DNA of 35,958 bases, taken from contig SIAT01000001.1 of NCBI GenBank assembly GCA_009691645.1, positions 1 to 35,958 on the forward strand. The letters are read 5' to 3'. Below the pieces are notes generated by a model, which was not told where the DNA came from, ran no database searches, and saw only the letters and a program-made list of their open reading frames with translations. This document shows, one piece after another, positions 1-8,419 of the stretch; the first letter of the stretch is position 1; each line of letters opens with the position of its first letter. A program made the translations under genes and the position numbers. The stretch comes from Pedosphaera sp. (lineage in GTDB: Bacteria > Verrucomicrobiota > Verrucomicrobiia > Limisphaerales > SIAT01).

Positions 1-419
1 AGTTCCCCACCCTGCCAGCACTCGACGCTGTGGGCGTGGCCGGCTTCGTGCAATCGCGTGTAGGCATCGATGAATTCCGGCGCGATCCACGTGCCCTCTT
101 CGCGCGCGGCGCAGCCTTCCATCACGCGGCGGAAAGCGCGGTCGCGCGTGACCTCGAAAGGATTCTTCCGCAACATGCGCGCGAGACTGCGCGGCACGTG
201 GAACTTCTCCCACTCGAAGACGCCGCGCCGATCCGGCGACCACCACGTGATCGGATCTGCGCTCCACGGAAAGATCCCGCTGCGATACGCGAGCACAAGC
301 CGCTCGATGGATAAATCGCCACCGACGGCCACGAGACCGGTGAACTCGCCTTTGGCCACGGCCGTACGTGGATCGGGAAACCACAGTCGCTCCGTGAGCG
401 TGGCGGGCATCAGGTTCAT
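1..419 (-). CDS. aat: leucyl/phenylalanyl-tRNA--protein transferase (N-degron L/F-transferase); C-terminus runs off the window
   Basis: Absent from the ORF track because there is no stop in the window. Reading the reverse complement from ATG at 419 gives MNLMPATLTERLWFPDPRTAVAKGEFTGLVAVGGDLSIERLVLAYRSGIFPWSADPITWWSPDRRGVFEWEKFHVPRSLARML...REEGTWIAPEFIDAYTRLHEAGHAHSVECW. This is colinear with E. coli Aat motifs (GGDL, Y..GIFPW, WWSPDPR, EGTWI, Y..LH..GHAHS.E.W). Confidence 0.9.
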   Translation of the reverse strand, partial: MNLMPATLTERLWFPDPRTAVAKGEFTGLVAVGGDLSIERLVLAYRSGIFPWSADPITWWSPDRRGVFEWEKFHVPRSLARMLRKNPFEVTRDRAFRRVMEGCAAREEGTWIAPEFIDAYTRLHEAGHAHSVECWQGGE

Positions 420-481
420 TTCCTTTCCTTTTCAGGATCAGACGCACAAGCAGCGGCCCACGTTGCCTTTATTTGCGCCGC

Positions 482-964
482 TCATTGGCTCGCATCCATC
501 GCCGCGAGCAGCACGGACTGGAAAGCCCCCGCCATCTCGCGCGCCCAGTAATGCTGGACGTTTTCCTCCGTGACCTGCAGGCGCTTCTCTGCCTCGTAAT
601 CGGGACTGCCCAGATGCATCCAACTCCCCACGCGGATGTCGTTCAACACTTGCAGCAGCCACTCCATCTCCGCCGCCGCGAACGTGAGGCGCGTGTAACT
701 CTTGGTCGTGTGAACGCGCTGCGGGTCGCCGAGAAATTCCGCGAGGTGACGCTGGTTCGCCCCGCGTTGCTCCGCCAACGCTTCCTCAAGCAGATGCTGG
801 CTCTCGTCAATCTGCGCGCTCTGCGCCGAGCCGATTTGCCTGACGAGCTTGCGCGCGCCCGCGGGAATGACCGGATACAACCCGGTCACTCCCATGAAAA
901 GCCGCTGCTCGCGCGTCGTGAGTTGGAAAACGAAACGGCCGCCCGTGTGTTTGACGAGCTTCAT
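482..964 (-). CDS. hypothetical cytoplasmic protein (160 aa) between clpS and aat; possibly DUF2017-like (unverified)
   Basis: ORF-track 160 aa with no signal peptide or TM. The ATG at 964 overlaps the clpS stop (961-963) in an ATGA junction. It is packed on the same strand 62 nt upstream of aat. I cannot assign a family with certainty by eye. Confidence 0.7.
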   Translation of the reverse strand: MKLVKHTGGRFVFQLTTREQRLFMGVTGLYPVIPAGARKLVRQIGSAQSAQIDESQHLLEEALAEQRGANQRHLAEFLGDPQRVHTTKSYTRLTFAAAEMEWLLQVLNDIRVGSWMHLGSPDYEAEKRLQVTEENVQHYWAREMAGAFQSVLLAAMDASQ

Positions 965-1299
965 TCGTCCCGCTCCATCGTGGCGTTCAATGCGTAGCGG
1001 TGGAGTTGGTGGACGTAGTGCTCGGCCTTCTCGAAGCCCGCACGGACCAGCACGCTCTTGCCCTGCTTGTGCACCTGCATCATGTGGGACTCGGCCTTCT
1101 GTTTGTTCCAGCCAAACACGGCTTGAAAAACGTGCGTGACGTAGCCCATCAGGTTCACCGGATCATCCCAGCAGACGACCAGCCAGCCGGGTTCGCGCGT
1201 CTCCTTCGTTGCAGATTCGACAACGGGGAGAACAAGTGGCTCGGCAATCTCAGGCACGGGGAAATTTAACGGGCATTGGCAACCATTTGAACGCAGCAC
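961..1299 (-). CDS. clpS: ATP-dependent Clp protease adaptor ClpS
   Basis: The core WLVVCWDDPVNLMGYVTHVFQAVFGWNKQKAESHMMQVHKQGKSVLVRAGFEKAEHYVHQL matches the ClpS fold signature. GTG start at 1299 lies 3 nt after the cysE stop; an alternative GTG is at 1257. Confidence 0.88.
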   Translation of the reverse strand: MLRSNGCQCPLNFPVPEIAEPLVLPVVESATKETREPGWLVVCWDDPVNLMGYVTHVFQAVFGWNKQKAESHMMQVHKQGKSVLVRAGFEKAEHYVHQLHRYALNATMERDE

Positions 1300-1302
1300 G
1301 CC

Positions 1303-2277
1303 TCAGATCTGGTAATCGGCCGGCTTGCCCTTCGGCGGCTTTTGCAACACGCGCATGTCGAGGCCGTCGTAAATCACGAGCGAATTCGGCGCGACACTTT
1401 GCATGATGAACACGTTGCCGCCGATGGTGCTGCCCGCGCCGATCACCGTCTCGCCGCCGAGAATGGTCGCGCCAGGATAAATGGTCACGTGATCCTCGAT
1501 CGTCGGGTGGCGCTTCGTGCCCTTGAGCTGCTGCCCGCCGGAGGTCGAACGCGCGCCGAGCGTCACGCCGTGGTACACCTTCACGTGATCGCCGATCACG
1601 CAGGTCTCGCCGATCACCGTGCCGGTGCCGTGGTCGATGAAGAAATGCGAACCGATGGTCGCGCCCGGATGCAGATCGATCCCCGTGCGGCTGTGCGCCC
1701 ACTCAGTCATGATGCGCGGGATCAGCGCGATCTGGCGCCGATACAATTCGTGCGCGAGCCGCTGGACCGCGATGCTCTCGATGAACGGATAGGCGAGAAT
1801 AATCTCCTCTTTGCTCGCCGCGGCGGGGTCACCCGCGTAAGCCGCTTCCACGTCCGTCTGCAAAATCTCACGCACACCGGACAGGCTCGCGAGGAACTCG
1901 CGCGTGGCCGCCTCGGCCGCTTTGCGCGGCGCACGCTTGGCCTCGTCATTCGGCGGTTGATACTCGATCGCCTTGCACATCTCATCCTCCAACCGCCCGA
2001 GCACGGAATCCATCAGCGTCGCCGTCTCCACTTTCAGCTCGGAGGAGTGAATCACCTTCTCATCGAAGAAACCGGGGAAGAGCAACCGCACGAGATCGCC
2101 CGTGATGCCCGCGATGGCGGACTTGGAAGGAAGATTCTTGCCGTCGAGATAATTGATGCCACCCACACGGGCGTAGGAGGCAATCAATTGGTCGGTCAAC
2201 TGCGTGACGTTCACGGTCGCAGAATGCCGCAGCCGCCGGGGAAAGGCAAGGTGCGTGCCAGACGGCGTGGGAGCCAC
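1303..2277 (-). CDS. cysE: serine O-acetyltransferase (long form)
   Basis: Hexapeptide left-handed beta-helix region GATIGSHFFIDHGTGTVIGETCVIGDHVKVYHGVTLGA, plus an N-terminal SAT helical domain (AYAGDPAAASKEEIILAYPFIESIAVQRLAHELY). GTG at 2277 lies 3 nt after the upstream stop; the exact start is uncertain. Confidence 0.85.
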   Translation of the reverse strand: MAPTPSGTHLAFPRRLRHSATVNVTQLTDQLIASYARVGGINYLDGKNLPSKSAIAGITGDLVRLLFPGFFDEKVIHSSELKVETATLMDSVLGRLEDEMCKAIEYQPPNDEAKRAPRKAAEAATREFLASLSGVREILQTDVEAAYAGDPAAASKEEIILAYPFIESIAVQRLAHELYRRQIALIPRIMTEWAHSRTGIDLHPGATIGSHFFIDHGTGTVIGETCVIGDHVKVYHGVTLGARSTSGGQQLKGTKRHPTIEDHVTIYPGATILGGETVIGAGSTIGGNVFIMQSVAPNSLVIYDGLDMRVLQKPPKGKPADYQI

Positions 2278-2280
2278 GGT

Positions 2281-3369
2281 TCACTTCGTCCCGCGCAGCA
2301 CCGCTTCGACCACCGACTCGACGCGGATGCCGGTCATGCAACGGAAATCCACCGGGCACTCGCGCCGGAAACAGGGCGAGCACGGCGTGCCAGCACGGAG
2401 GAGTTGATGACGCGCGTCGCCCGGCAATCCGGGGCCGGTCAATTCCGGCGACGTGCTGCCAAACGGCACCACCACCCGCGTGCCGACGGCCGCGGCGAGG
2501 TGCATCGGACCGGTGTCGTTCGTCAACACCACGCGGCAGAGCTTCAACACCGCGGACAGTTCGCGCAACGAAGTGCGGCCCGCGAGATTCACGCAATCCA
2601 CACCGAGCGACATCATCAATTCGCCCGCGAAATCCACATCATTGCGACCGCCGAGCAACACCCAGCGACAGTTCGTATGGCGGCGGATCTCGAGCGCGGC
2701 GGCTATGAACCGCTCCAGCGGCCAGCGCTTGGCGGGGCCGTATTCCGCGCCGGGATTGATGCCGAGAATCGGCCGCACATCCGACGGCAGGCCAAACTTC
2801 ATCCGCGCCGTCAGCAGCTCCGCGTCGTTGACCGCAATGGACGGGGCGAGCGGTTCCGCGCTCGCACCCAGCGTGGCGGCGAGATGCAGATAATGATGCA
2901 GATGATGGGCCGACGCAGGATGAACCGTCGGCTTCACATCGGGCCGGCCGAGCAGATAACGGATTTCCCAAAGCGGCCGCTTGCGCATTGGCACCGCCTC
3001 GCGGCGCGGCGCGACGGGACGCGTCAAAAGCCAGCCGCGCAGGTTCGCTTCGTAACCGATGCGGTGCGGGATCTTCGCCAGCCAAACCTCGAGCGCGGTA
3101 CGGAATGAGTTCGGCAACACGAGCGCGGCCGTGAAACGTCGCTGCCGCAACCGGCGCGCGACAGCAAACACGCCTTCATCCGGCTCGATGCACATCACAT
3201 CGTCCAGCGCGGGATGATGCGCCCAAAGGCCCGCCAGCTTCACGGGCGTGAGCAGCGTGAATCGCGCTTTCGGTTTCGCCTCGCGCAACCGCAGCAGCGC
3301 GGGCGTGGCCATCACGGCGTCACCGAGCCAGTTCACACCACGGATCAGGATGGATTCACGCGCGCTCAC
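2281..3369 (-). CDS. glycosyltransferase family 9 (ADP-heptose:LPS heptosyltransferase-like)
   Basis: ILIRGVNWLGDAVMATPALLRLREAKP... and the C-terminal NDTGPMHLAAAVGTRVVVPFGSTSPELTGP are classic GT9/RfaF-RfaC motifs. The ORF-track version (to 3708) has a junk N-terminus overlapping lpxL. I start at GTG 3369, 7 nt after the lpxL stop. Confidence 0.8.
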   Translation of the reverse strand: MSARESILIRGVNWLGDAVMATPALLRLREAKPKARFTLLTPVKLAGLWAHHPALDDVMCIEPDEGVFAVARRLRQRRFTAALVLPNSFRTALEVWLAKIPHRIGYEANLRGWLLTRPVAPRREAVPMRKRPLWEIRYLLGRPDVKPTVHPASAHHLHHYLHLAATLGASAEPLAPSIAVNDAELLTARMKFGLPSDVRPILGINPGAEYGPAKRWPLERFIAAALEIRRHTNCRWVLLGGRNDVDFAGELMMSLGVDCVNLAGRTSLRELSAVLKLCRVVLTNDTGPMHLAAAVGTRVVVPFGSTSPELTGPGLPGDARHQLLRAGTPCSPCFRRECPVDFRCMTGIRVESVVEAVLRGTK

Positions 3370-3376
3370 GATCGGC

Positions 3377-4267
3377 TCAATTCTTCGGCAGCCGCCAGCG
3401 GTTGTGAACCCAAAACCAATTCGTCGGATCGCGACGCACGGCGATCTCGAGAGCGGCGTTGATGTCACGCGTGATCTCCTCGATGGGGCGGGCTTTGCCT
3501 TCCACGCGCGTCGGGATCTCCTCGCCGACTTCGATGCGCCAACGGCCGAGCGCCACGCGATAACAAACAGCGGTGTGCAAGTAAGCGCGGTAACGGAGAG
3601 CGAAAACCGCCGGCGCGGCGCTGGCCAAACATTCCTGTCCGAAGAAGGAAATGCGCATGCCATTATCACCGGCGTGCTGATCGGCGAGCAGGCCGAGCGA
3701 GAGTCCACCCTTGTTCAGCGCGGCTTTGAGTGCGTTTCCGCCGGTGCGGCGCTCGAAGAATTGACAACCGGAACGGGCGCGCAACGAACCAAGAAACGCG
3801 TCGAGCCGCAACTGGCGCAGGCCGCGATAGGTCGTGCCGCGCGCGCCGCCCTCGGGGGCGAATTCCTTGGCGCGGGCGTACAACTCGAAGTTACCGAAGT
3901 GGCCGATGGCCGTGATGCGGGTCGGCACCGGTTCGCCGGGCGCAGCGGGGCGGAGCTTCTCCGCGCCGGTCACCTCGAGCACTTTGTCGACCTCCTCGGC
4001 GGTCATCGTGGCCGTCTTGATTGCCGAGGCGTAATTCTCGCCGAGCCGGCGGAAGTTTTCGCGCGCGAGGGCGTGGATTTCTTCAGCGGACTTTTCCCTG
4101 CCGAAACAGCGCTCGAGATTAGCGAGTGCGACGCGGCGATGGCGGGCATCGAGCCACCACGCCAACGCACCGCCGGCGCGGCCGAAGCGCGCGACCGCCG
4201 TCAGCGGCAACGCTTGCAGAAGCGTCACCAACACGCGCACGACCAGATAGAGCAGGCCATCGAGCAT
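3377..4267 (-). CDS. lpxL: lipid A biosynthesis late acyltransferase (LpxL/LpxM/LpxP family)
   Basis: N-terminal hydrophobic anchor, the HFGNFELY motif (HX4E/D acyltransferase) and family-typical ALANLERCFG. The preferred ATG at 4267 overlaps the lpxK TGA by 1 nt. The ORF-track TTG at 4294 is the alternative. Confidence 0.78.
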   Translation of the reverse strand: MLDGLLYLVVRVLVTLLQALPLTAVARFGRAGGALAWWLDARHRRVALANLERCFGREKSAEEIHALARENFRRLGENYASAIKTATMTAEEVDKVLEVTGAEKLRPAAPGEPVPTRITAIGHFGNFELYARAKEFAPEGGARGTTYRGLRQLRLDAFLGSLRARSGCQFFERRTGGNALKAALNKGGLSLGLLADQHAGDNGMRISFFGQECLASAAPAVFALRYRAYLHTAVCYRVALGRWRIEVGEEIPTRVEGKARPIEEITRDINAALEIAVRRDPTNWFWVHNRWRLPKN

Positions 4268-5442
4268 CAGCGAAAGCAGATTTGGCGGACGCAATCGTGG
4301 AAATCCTTCGCGCCGGCAAGGATGTTGATCTCGACGCGCATGAAGTAGATTGGCAGGTCGCGCCGGTCGATTTTTGGAAAGCGCACGGCGTCCTTCTGCG
4401 TGGTGATGATGATCTCGGCCTGACGTTTCTTGGCGCGGTTGATGACGTTGATGATCTCCTGCTGCGTGAAGCGGTGGTGATCGGCGAAACGCTTGGTGTA
4501 CACCAACTCGGCGCCCTGCGCGACGAGGCTCCTCTCGAAGCTCTCGGGCTGGGCGATGCCCGACAGCGCGGCAACCTTGCGGCCTTTGATGAAATCGAGG
4601 CCGCGCCGGTCATCGGGATCGAAGGCATCCTCTAAATAAAGCGGATGGTGAACGCACTCGATGATGCCGGCCTTGGGATTATGCTTGGCGATGCGGGCGC
4701 GAAGCGCGGCGGTATTGCCATCGCTCTTGGTGAGAAAGATGACGCTGGCACGCGCGAGGTGCGAATGCGGTTCGCGCAGCGTGCCGCGCGGCAGCAGGTG
4801 CTCGTTACCGAACGGCTGCTGGCAATCCACCAGCACGATGTCGCGCCGGCGGCCGGCGAGCTTCCAATACTGGAAGCCATCGTCGAGCAGCAGCGTGTCG
4901 CACCCGAACTTCTCGATGGCGTAGCGGCCGGCCTTCACGCGGTCTTTGTCCACCAGCACGACGACATCCTTGAGATTCGAGGCGAGCATGTACGGCTCAT
5001 CGCCGGCCTCCTCGGAGTTGAGCAGGAGCGAGCGGCCGTCGGAGACGATACGCGGAGGGGTGAAGTCGTCGCGCAGCAGCAGCTTGTTCAGGAGGCGCGA
5101 AGCAAGCGGCGGCGGCTTCGATCGGTAACCGCGGGAGAGGATGGCGACCTTGCGTCCGGCATCCTGCAACTCGCGGGCGAACTTCTCGACCACGGGCGTC
5201 TTGCCAGTGCCGCCGACGGTGAGGTTGCCGACGGTGATGATCTGCACGCCGAGCGTGGAATCGCGGATGATGCGGTGCTCGTAGAGGAAGCGGCGCGCCT
5301 TGACGATGACCGCGAAGATCTTCGAGAGGATGAGTAGCACGAAACGCAACAGCCCCGCGCGTTTGCCGCGACGCTGCTCGAAAATGACTTCGAGAACGAA
5401 TGTCTCGATGTGTTCTGTCCAAACCCGGAAGGTCTCCCGCAT
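4267..5442 (-). CDS. lpxK: tetraacyldisaccharide 4'-kinase
   Basis: [38 protein letters not shown] is the LpxK P-loop region, preceded by an N-terminal membrane helix. ATG at 5442 is preferred; TTG at 5478 is the ORF-track alternative. Confidence 0.88.
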   Translation of the reverse strand: MRETFRVWTEHIETFVLEVIFEQRRGKRAGLLRFVLLILSKIFAVIVKARRFLYEHRIIRDSTLGVQIITVGNLTVGGTGKTPVVEKFARELQDAGRKVAILSRGYRSKPPPLASRLLNKLLLRDDFTPPRIVSDGRSLLLNSEEAGDEPYMLASNLKDVVVLVDKDRVKAGRYAIEKFGCDTLLLDDGFQYWKLAGRRRDIVLVDCQQPFGNEHLLPRGTLREPHSHLARASVIFLTKSDGNTAALRARIAKHNPKAGIIECVHHPLYLEDAFDPDDRRGLDFIKGRKVAALSGIAQPESFERSLVAQGAELVYTKRFADHHRFTQQEIINVINRAKKRQAEIIITTQKDAVRFPKIDRRDLPIYFMRVEINILAGAKDFHDCVRQICFR

Positions 5443-5525
5443 CGTGCGGAGTCTGCCAACGCGCCACCCGCAGAGCAAGCGCTCGCGTTCTTGCTGGACG
5501 GTTTTTCCTGCATTACCCTCTCGAT

Positions 5526-6926
5526 ATGAAAGCGTGCTTCTTCACCATCGGGTTGTTGTTCTCGTTCCTTCTGCCAGCCGCCGAGTCTGTCCCCGCCGCG
5601 GCCCCGGCCAAAGTCTATGTGCTGCCCATACGCGAAAACGTGGACACACCGCTGGCCTACCTCGTGCGGCGCGGCGTGAAAGAAGCGGTGAAAGCGCAGG
5701 CCGGCGTGCTCATCCTCGACATGGAAACCAAGGGCGGCCGCGCCGATGTGTGCATGGAGATCATCGATATCATCGGCCAGTTCAAGGGACAGACCCTCAC
5801 CTACGTGAACCGCGAAGCCTACTCGGCCGGCGCGTTCATCGCCGTGGGGACGCAAAAAATCTACATGGCGCCGCAGAGCGTCATCGGCGCGGCCGCGCCC
5901 ATTCTCCTCAGTCCCGGTGGCGGCGGGCCGCAAGCGATGCCCGACACGATGGAGACGAAGATGGTTTCCGCCATCAGCGCCAAGGTGCGCACGCAAGCCG
6001 AGAAGAACGGCCACAACAAGGAGGTCGTGCAGGCGATGGTGGACAAGACGACGGAACTGGTCGTGGACGGCCAGATGATCAACAAGAAAGGCAACATCCT
6101 CACGCTCACCGATGTCGAGGCGGCGAAGGTTTACGGAACATCCTCGAAGCCGCTGCTGTCGCTCGGCACGGTCGCTTCGCTGGATGATCTGCTGAACAAA
6201 CTCGGTCTGGCCAAAGCCACCGTCATCCACATCAAACCCTCCGGTGCGGAGCGGTTGGCCTCGTGGCTCAACGTCATCGCGCCGCTGTTGCTCATCATCG
6301 GCATCGCCGGCGTGTACATCGAAATGAAGACGCCCGGCTTCGGCGCGCCCGGCATGATCGGCATCGTCGCCTTCGCTCTCTATTTCCTCGGCGGTTACAT
6401 CGCCGGCCTGTCGGGTGTGGAATGGATGTTCGTGTTCGCCATCGGGTTGATTCTCGTCATCGTGGAAATCTTCGTCTTCCCCGGCACGGTCGTGCCCGGC
6501 CTGATCGGCGCGGGAATGATCCTCGCCGCGTTGGTGATGGCGATGGTGGACCGCTGGCCCGGAATGCCCGCGCTGCCGGGCCTGCCGCAATTGCGCCTGC
6601 CGGTCACCAACCTGCTCATCGCTTTCGGCGGCGGCGTGGCGGTGGTCTGGCTGCTCAGCCGGTGGCTGCCGCACACGAGCCTTTTCCGCACAATGATCCC
6701 CGCTTCAGCCAGTGGCGTCGCCTCGGTACAAGCCCGTGGAACCGCGCAGTCCGCGCGAGTGGGACAGGTCGGCGTGACGCAATCCACACTCCATCCGGGT
6801 GGCAAAGCGCAGTTCGGCGAGGAGATGCTCGACGTGATGACGCAGGGAGAGATGATCTCCAAGGGGGCGAAAGTCCGCATCATCGACCACAGCGGCACCG
6901 AGGCGATCGTCGAGCCGGCGGACTAA
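5526..6926 (+). CDS. NfeD-family membrane-bound ClpP-class serine protease (long form)
   Basis: Starts at ATG 5526 with signal peptide MKACFFTIGLLFSFLLPAAES. It has a ClpP/SppA-like domain (VLILDMETKGGRADV...YSAGAFIAVGTQKIYMAP), multiple TM helices and a C-terminal NfeD OB-like domain (GKAQFGEEMLDVMTQGEMISKGAKVRIIDHSGTEAIVEP). The ORF-track N-terminal extension from 5400 is rejected. Confidence 0.82.
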   Translation: MKACFFTIGLLFSFLLPAAESVPAAAPAKVYVLPIRENVDTPLAYLVRRGVKEAVKAQAGVLILDMETKGGRADVCMEIIDIIGQFKGQTLTYVNREAYSAGAFIAVGTQKIYMAPQSVIGAAAPILLSPGGGGPQAMPDTMETKMVSAISAKVRTQAEKNGHNKEVVQAMVDKTTELVVDGQMINKKGNILTLTDVEAAKVYGTSSKPLLSLGTVASLDDLLNKLGLAKATVIHIKPSGAERLASWLNVIAPLLLIIGIAGVYIEMKTPGFGAPGMIGIVAFALYFLGGYIAGLSGVEWMFVFAIGLILVIVEIFVFPGTVVPGLIGAGMILAALVMAMVDRWPGMPALPGLPQLRLPVTNLLIAFGGGVAVVWLLSRWLPHTSLFRTMIPASASGVASVQARGTAQSARVGQVGVTQSTLHPGGKAQFGEEMLDVMTQGEMISKGAKVRIIDHSGTEAIVEPAD

Positions 6927-7438
6927 TCCGGTCCGGACACAGGTTTGGATTTATCAGGAGGCGGAGTGCCGCCGGGCGGGCCGGGCCGTTTCTCCTTCGG
7001 GAATTTCTTGAAGAAATTGCTGGCGTTCGTATCGCCCCGAGAAGGGAAGGGCCCGCGACTGCGCATCGGCGACGAGTCAAACTTCTTCACCTGTTCGGGC
7101 GTCAGCTCGGCACGGATCTGCTCGCGTACCTTCTTCCCTTCCTCCTGCATCTTGGCAAACAACGGCTCGGCAATGGCGCGCGAACGCTTGTGCCCCTCGG
7201 CGAGAATCGCGCCAACCTTCTCACGCTGCTCGGCGGTGAGGTTGAGGTCCTTCTCCAACCGCTTGAGCGACTCGGCACGAGCCGGTCCTTCCCACGGCAT
7301 GGTCCGCTTGGCCTCGGGTTTCTCGGGATGCTTTTCGCGGAGCTTCACCGGCACTGGCGCGTTGAGGAGTAGGCTGCCGGCGAAGACACCACTGCCGAAG
7401 ATGAACAGCGTGGCGAGGATGACCTTCCACTGTGACAT
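6923..7438 (-). CDS. membrane-anchored periplasmic Spy/CpxP/ZraP-like (LTXXQ) protein
   Basis: N-terminal anchor KVILATLFIFGSGVFAGSLLL, two LTXXQ-type motifs (LNLTAEQREKV, ELTPEQVKKF) and a Pro/Lys-rich tail. The ATG at 7438 overlaps the upstream stop by 1 nt (TGATG). Confidence 0.7.
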   Translation of the reverse strand: MSQWKVILATLFIFGSGVFAGSLLLNAPVPVKLREKHPEKPEAKRTMPWEGPARAESLKRLEKDLNLTAEQREKVGAILAEGHKRSRAIAEPLFAKMQEEGKKVREQIRAELTPEQVKKFDSSPMRSRGPFPSRGDTNASNFFKKFPKEKRPGPPGGTPPPDKSKPVSGPD

Positions 7439-7755
7439 CAGAACTCGAGGGAGGATTCGAAGGAGGATTCCTCAGCCGCGGCGAGCACGACGTTCTCGAA
7501 ATCCATCGCGATCCGGTCGCCAGGCGTCGCCGGCTCGGCGGAGAAGTGGATCCACACCGCAAGGCAAGCCACCGCCAGCGCGTACGGAACGGCCGCGCGC
7601 CAGAGCGAACGCGCCCAAAGCGCCCACACGTCCACCACCGGCAGGGCGGCGATGCGAGCCATCACGCGCTTCTCGAAAGCGTACGGCACGCGGTCACTCG
7701 GCCGCTCGGCACGAGCCGCGGCCAGCAAACGCTTCTCCAACTCGGTCACGTTCAT
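7438..7755 (-). CDS. putative anti-sigma factor (single-pass membrane protein)
   Basis: Lies immediately downstream of the ECF sigma gene and has one TM (VWALWARSLWRAAVPYALAVACLAVWI). ATG at 7755 is preceded by GGAGA. The ORF-track TTG at 7791 is the alternative. Function is inferred from position only. Confidence 0.55.
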   Translation of the reverse strand: MNVTELEKRLLAAARAERPSDRVPYAFEKRVMARIAALPVVDVWALWARSLWRAAVPYALAVACLAVWIHFSAEPATPGDRIAMDFENVVLAAAEESSFESSLEF

Positions 7756-7792
7756 AAATCCAATTCTCCAGACGACCGCCCGCGAGGGCAAG

Positions 7793-8365
7793 TTACAAAT
7801 ACTTTTCCGGCTGCATCTTCACCACCAGCTTCCGCATCTGCGCGCGGGCACGGAACGCGCGCACCTTCACCAGCGTCTCCGACCACCCGGTCAGTTTCAC
7901 GATCTCTTTCACGCTCCGCTCCTCGATCTCGAGCAGCGTGATCACCAGCCGCGCGTCGGGCGAAAGCCGGTCGAGAAGCCGACCGACCAGTTGCTTCGCC
8001 GCCGCTGCGTCGGGCGACGCATCGCCTTTCGCGCCGAGCCGATCGAGCCATTCGCCCTCGTCGTCGGACAGTTCGGCGAAGTTCGTCTCGCGATTGCGCT
8101 GGTGCCGGCGGAGGAAATCGTAGCAAACCCGCACCGCCATCCGCATCAGCCAATGCTCGAACGGCGCCTCCGCACGGTAGGTGTTGAGCCTCTGGAAAGC
8201 CTTCACGAAGACTTCCTGCACGATGTCTTCCACCTCGTCCTCGCGTCGCGCATAGCGGCGGGCGGTGGCGAAAACGCGCGGCTGATAGCGCACCACCAGC
8301 GGCTCAAAGCTGGCTGGGTCACCGCGCAATACCGCGGCAATCAACTCCGCATCCGTCGGTTCCAT
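7793..8365 (-). CDS. RNA polymerase ECF-type sigma-70 family factor
   Basis: Region 2 (FEPLVVRYQPRVFATARRYARREDEVEDIVQEVFVKAFQRLNTY) and region 4 HTH (LSPDARLVITLLEIEERSVKEIVKLTGWSETLVKVRAFRARAQM). 190 aa, with no regions 1 or 3. Confidence 0.9.
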   Translation of the reverse strand: MEPTDAELIAAVLRGDPASFEPLVVRYQPRVFATARRYARREDEVEDIVQEVFVKAFQRLNTYRAEAPFEHWLMRMAVRVCYDFLRRHQRNRETNFAELSDDEGEWLDRLGAKGDASPDAAAAKQLVGRLLDRLSPDARLVITLLEIEERSVKEIVKLTGWSETLVKVRAFRARAQMRKLVVKMQPEKYL

Positions 8366-8419
8366 CCGTATGAGCTATGAACGACTTTTATCGGGCGAAA
8401 GCGGGGGGATATGCATGAA

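Noticed and set aside
1342-3108. 588-aa plus-strand ORF overlapping cysE and the GT9 gene.
   Set aside because: It is antisense to two well-supported genes. Its Arg/Ala/His-rich composition is typical of out-of-frame high-GC ORFs, and it has no recognisable motifs.
3370-3708. N-terminal 113-aa extension of the GT9 ORF.
   Set aside because: It overlaps the 3' end of lpxL in another frame and has a Ser/Arg/Cys-rich non-protein-like sequence. The GT9 homology begins right after the GTG at 3369.
5088-6674. 528-aa minus-strand ORF opposite nfeD and the lpxK 5' end.
   Set aside because: It spans a divergent intergenic region, has Asp/His/Arg/Gly-rich junk composition, and is antisense to a clearly motif-bearing NfeD gene.
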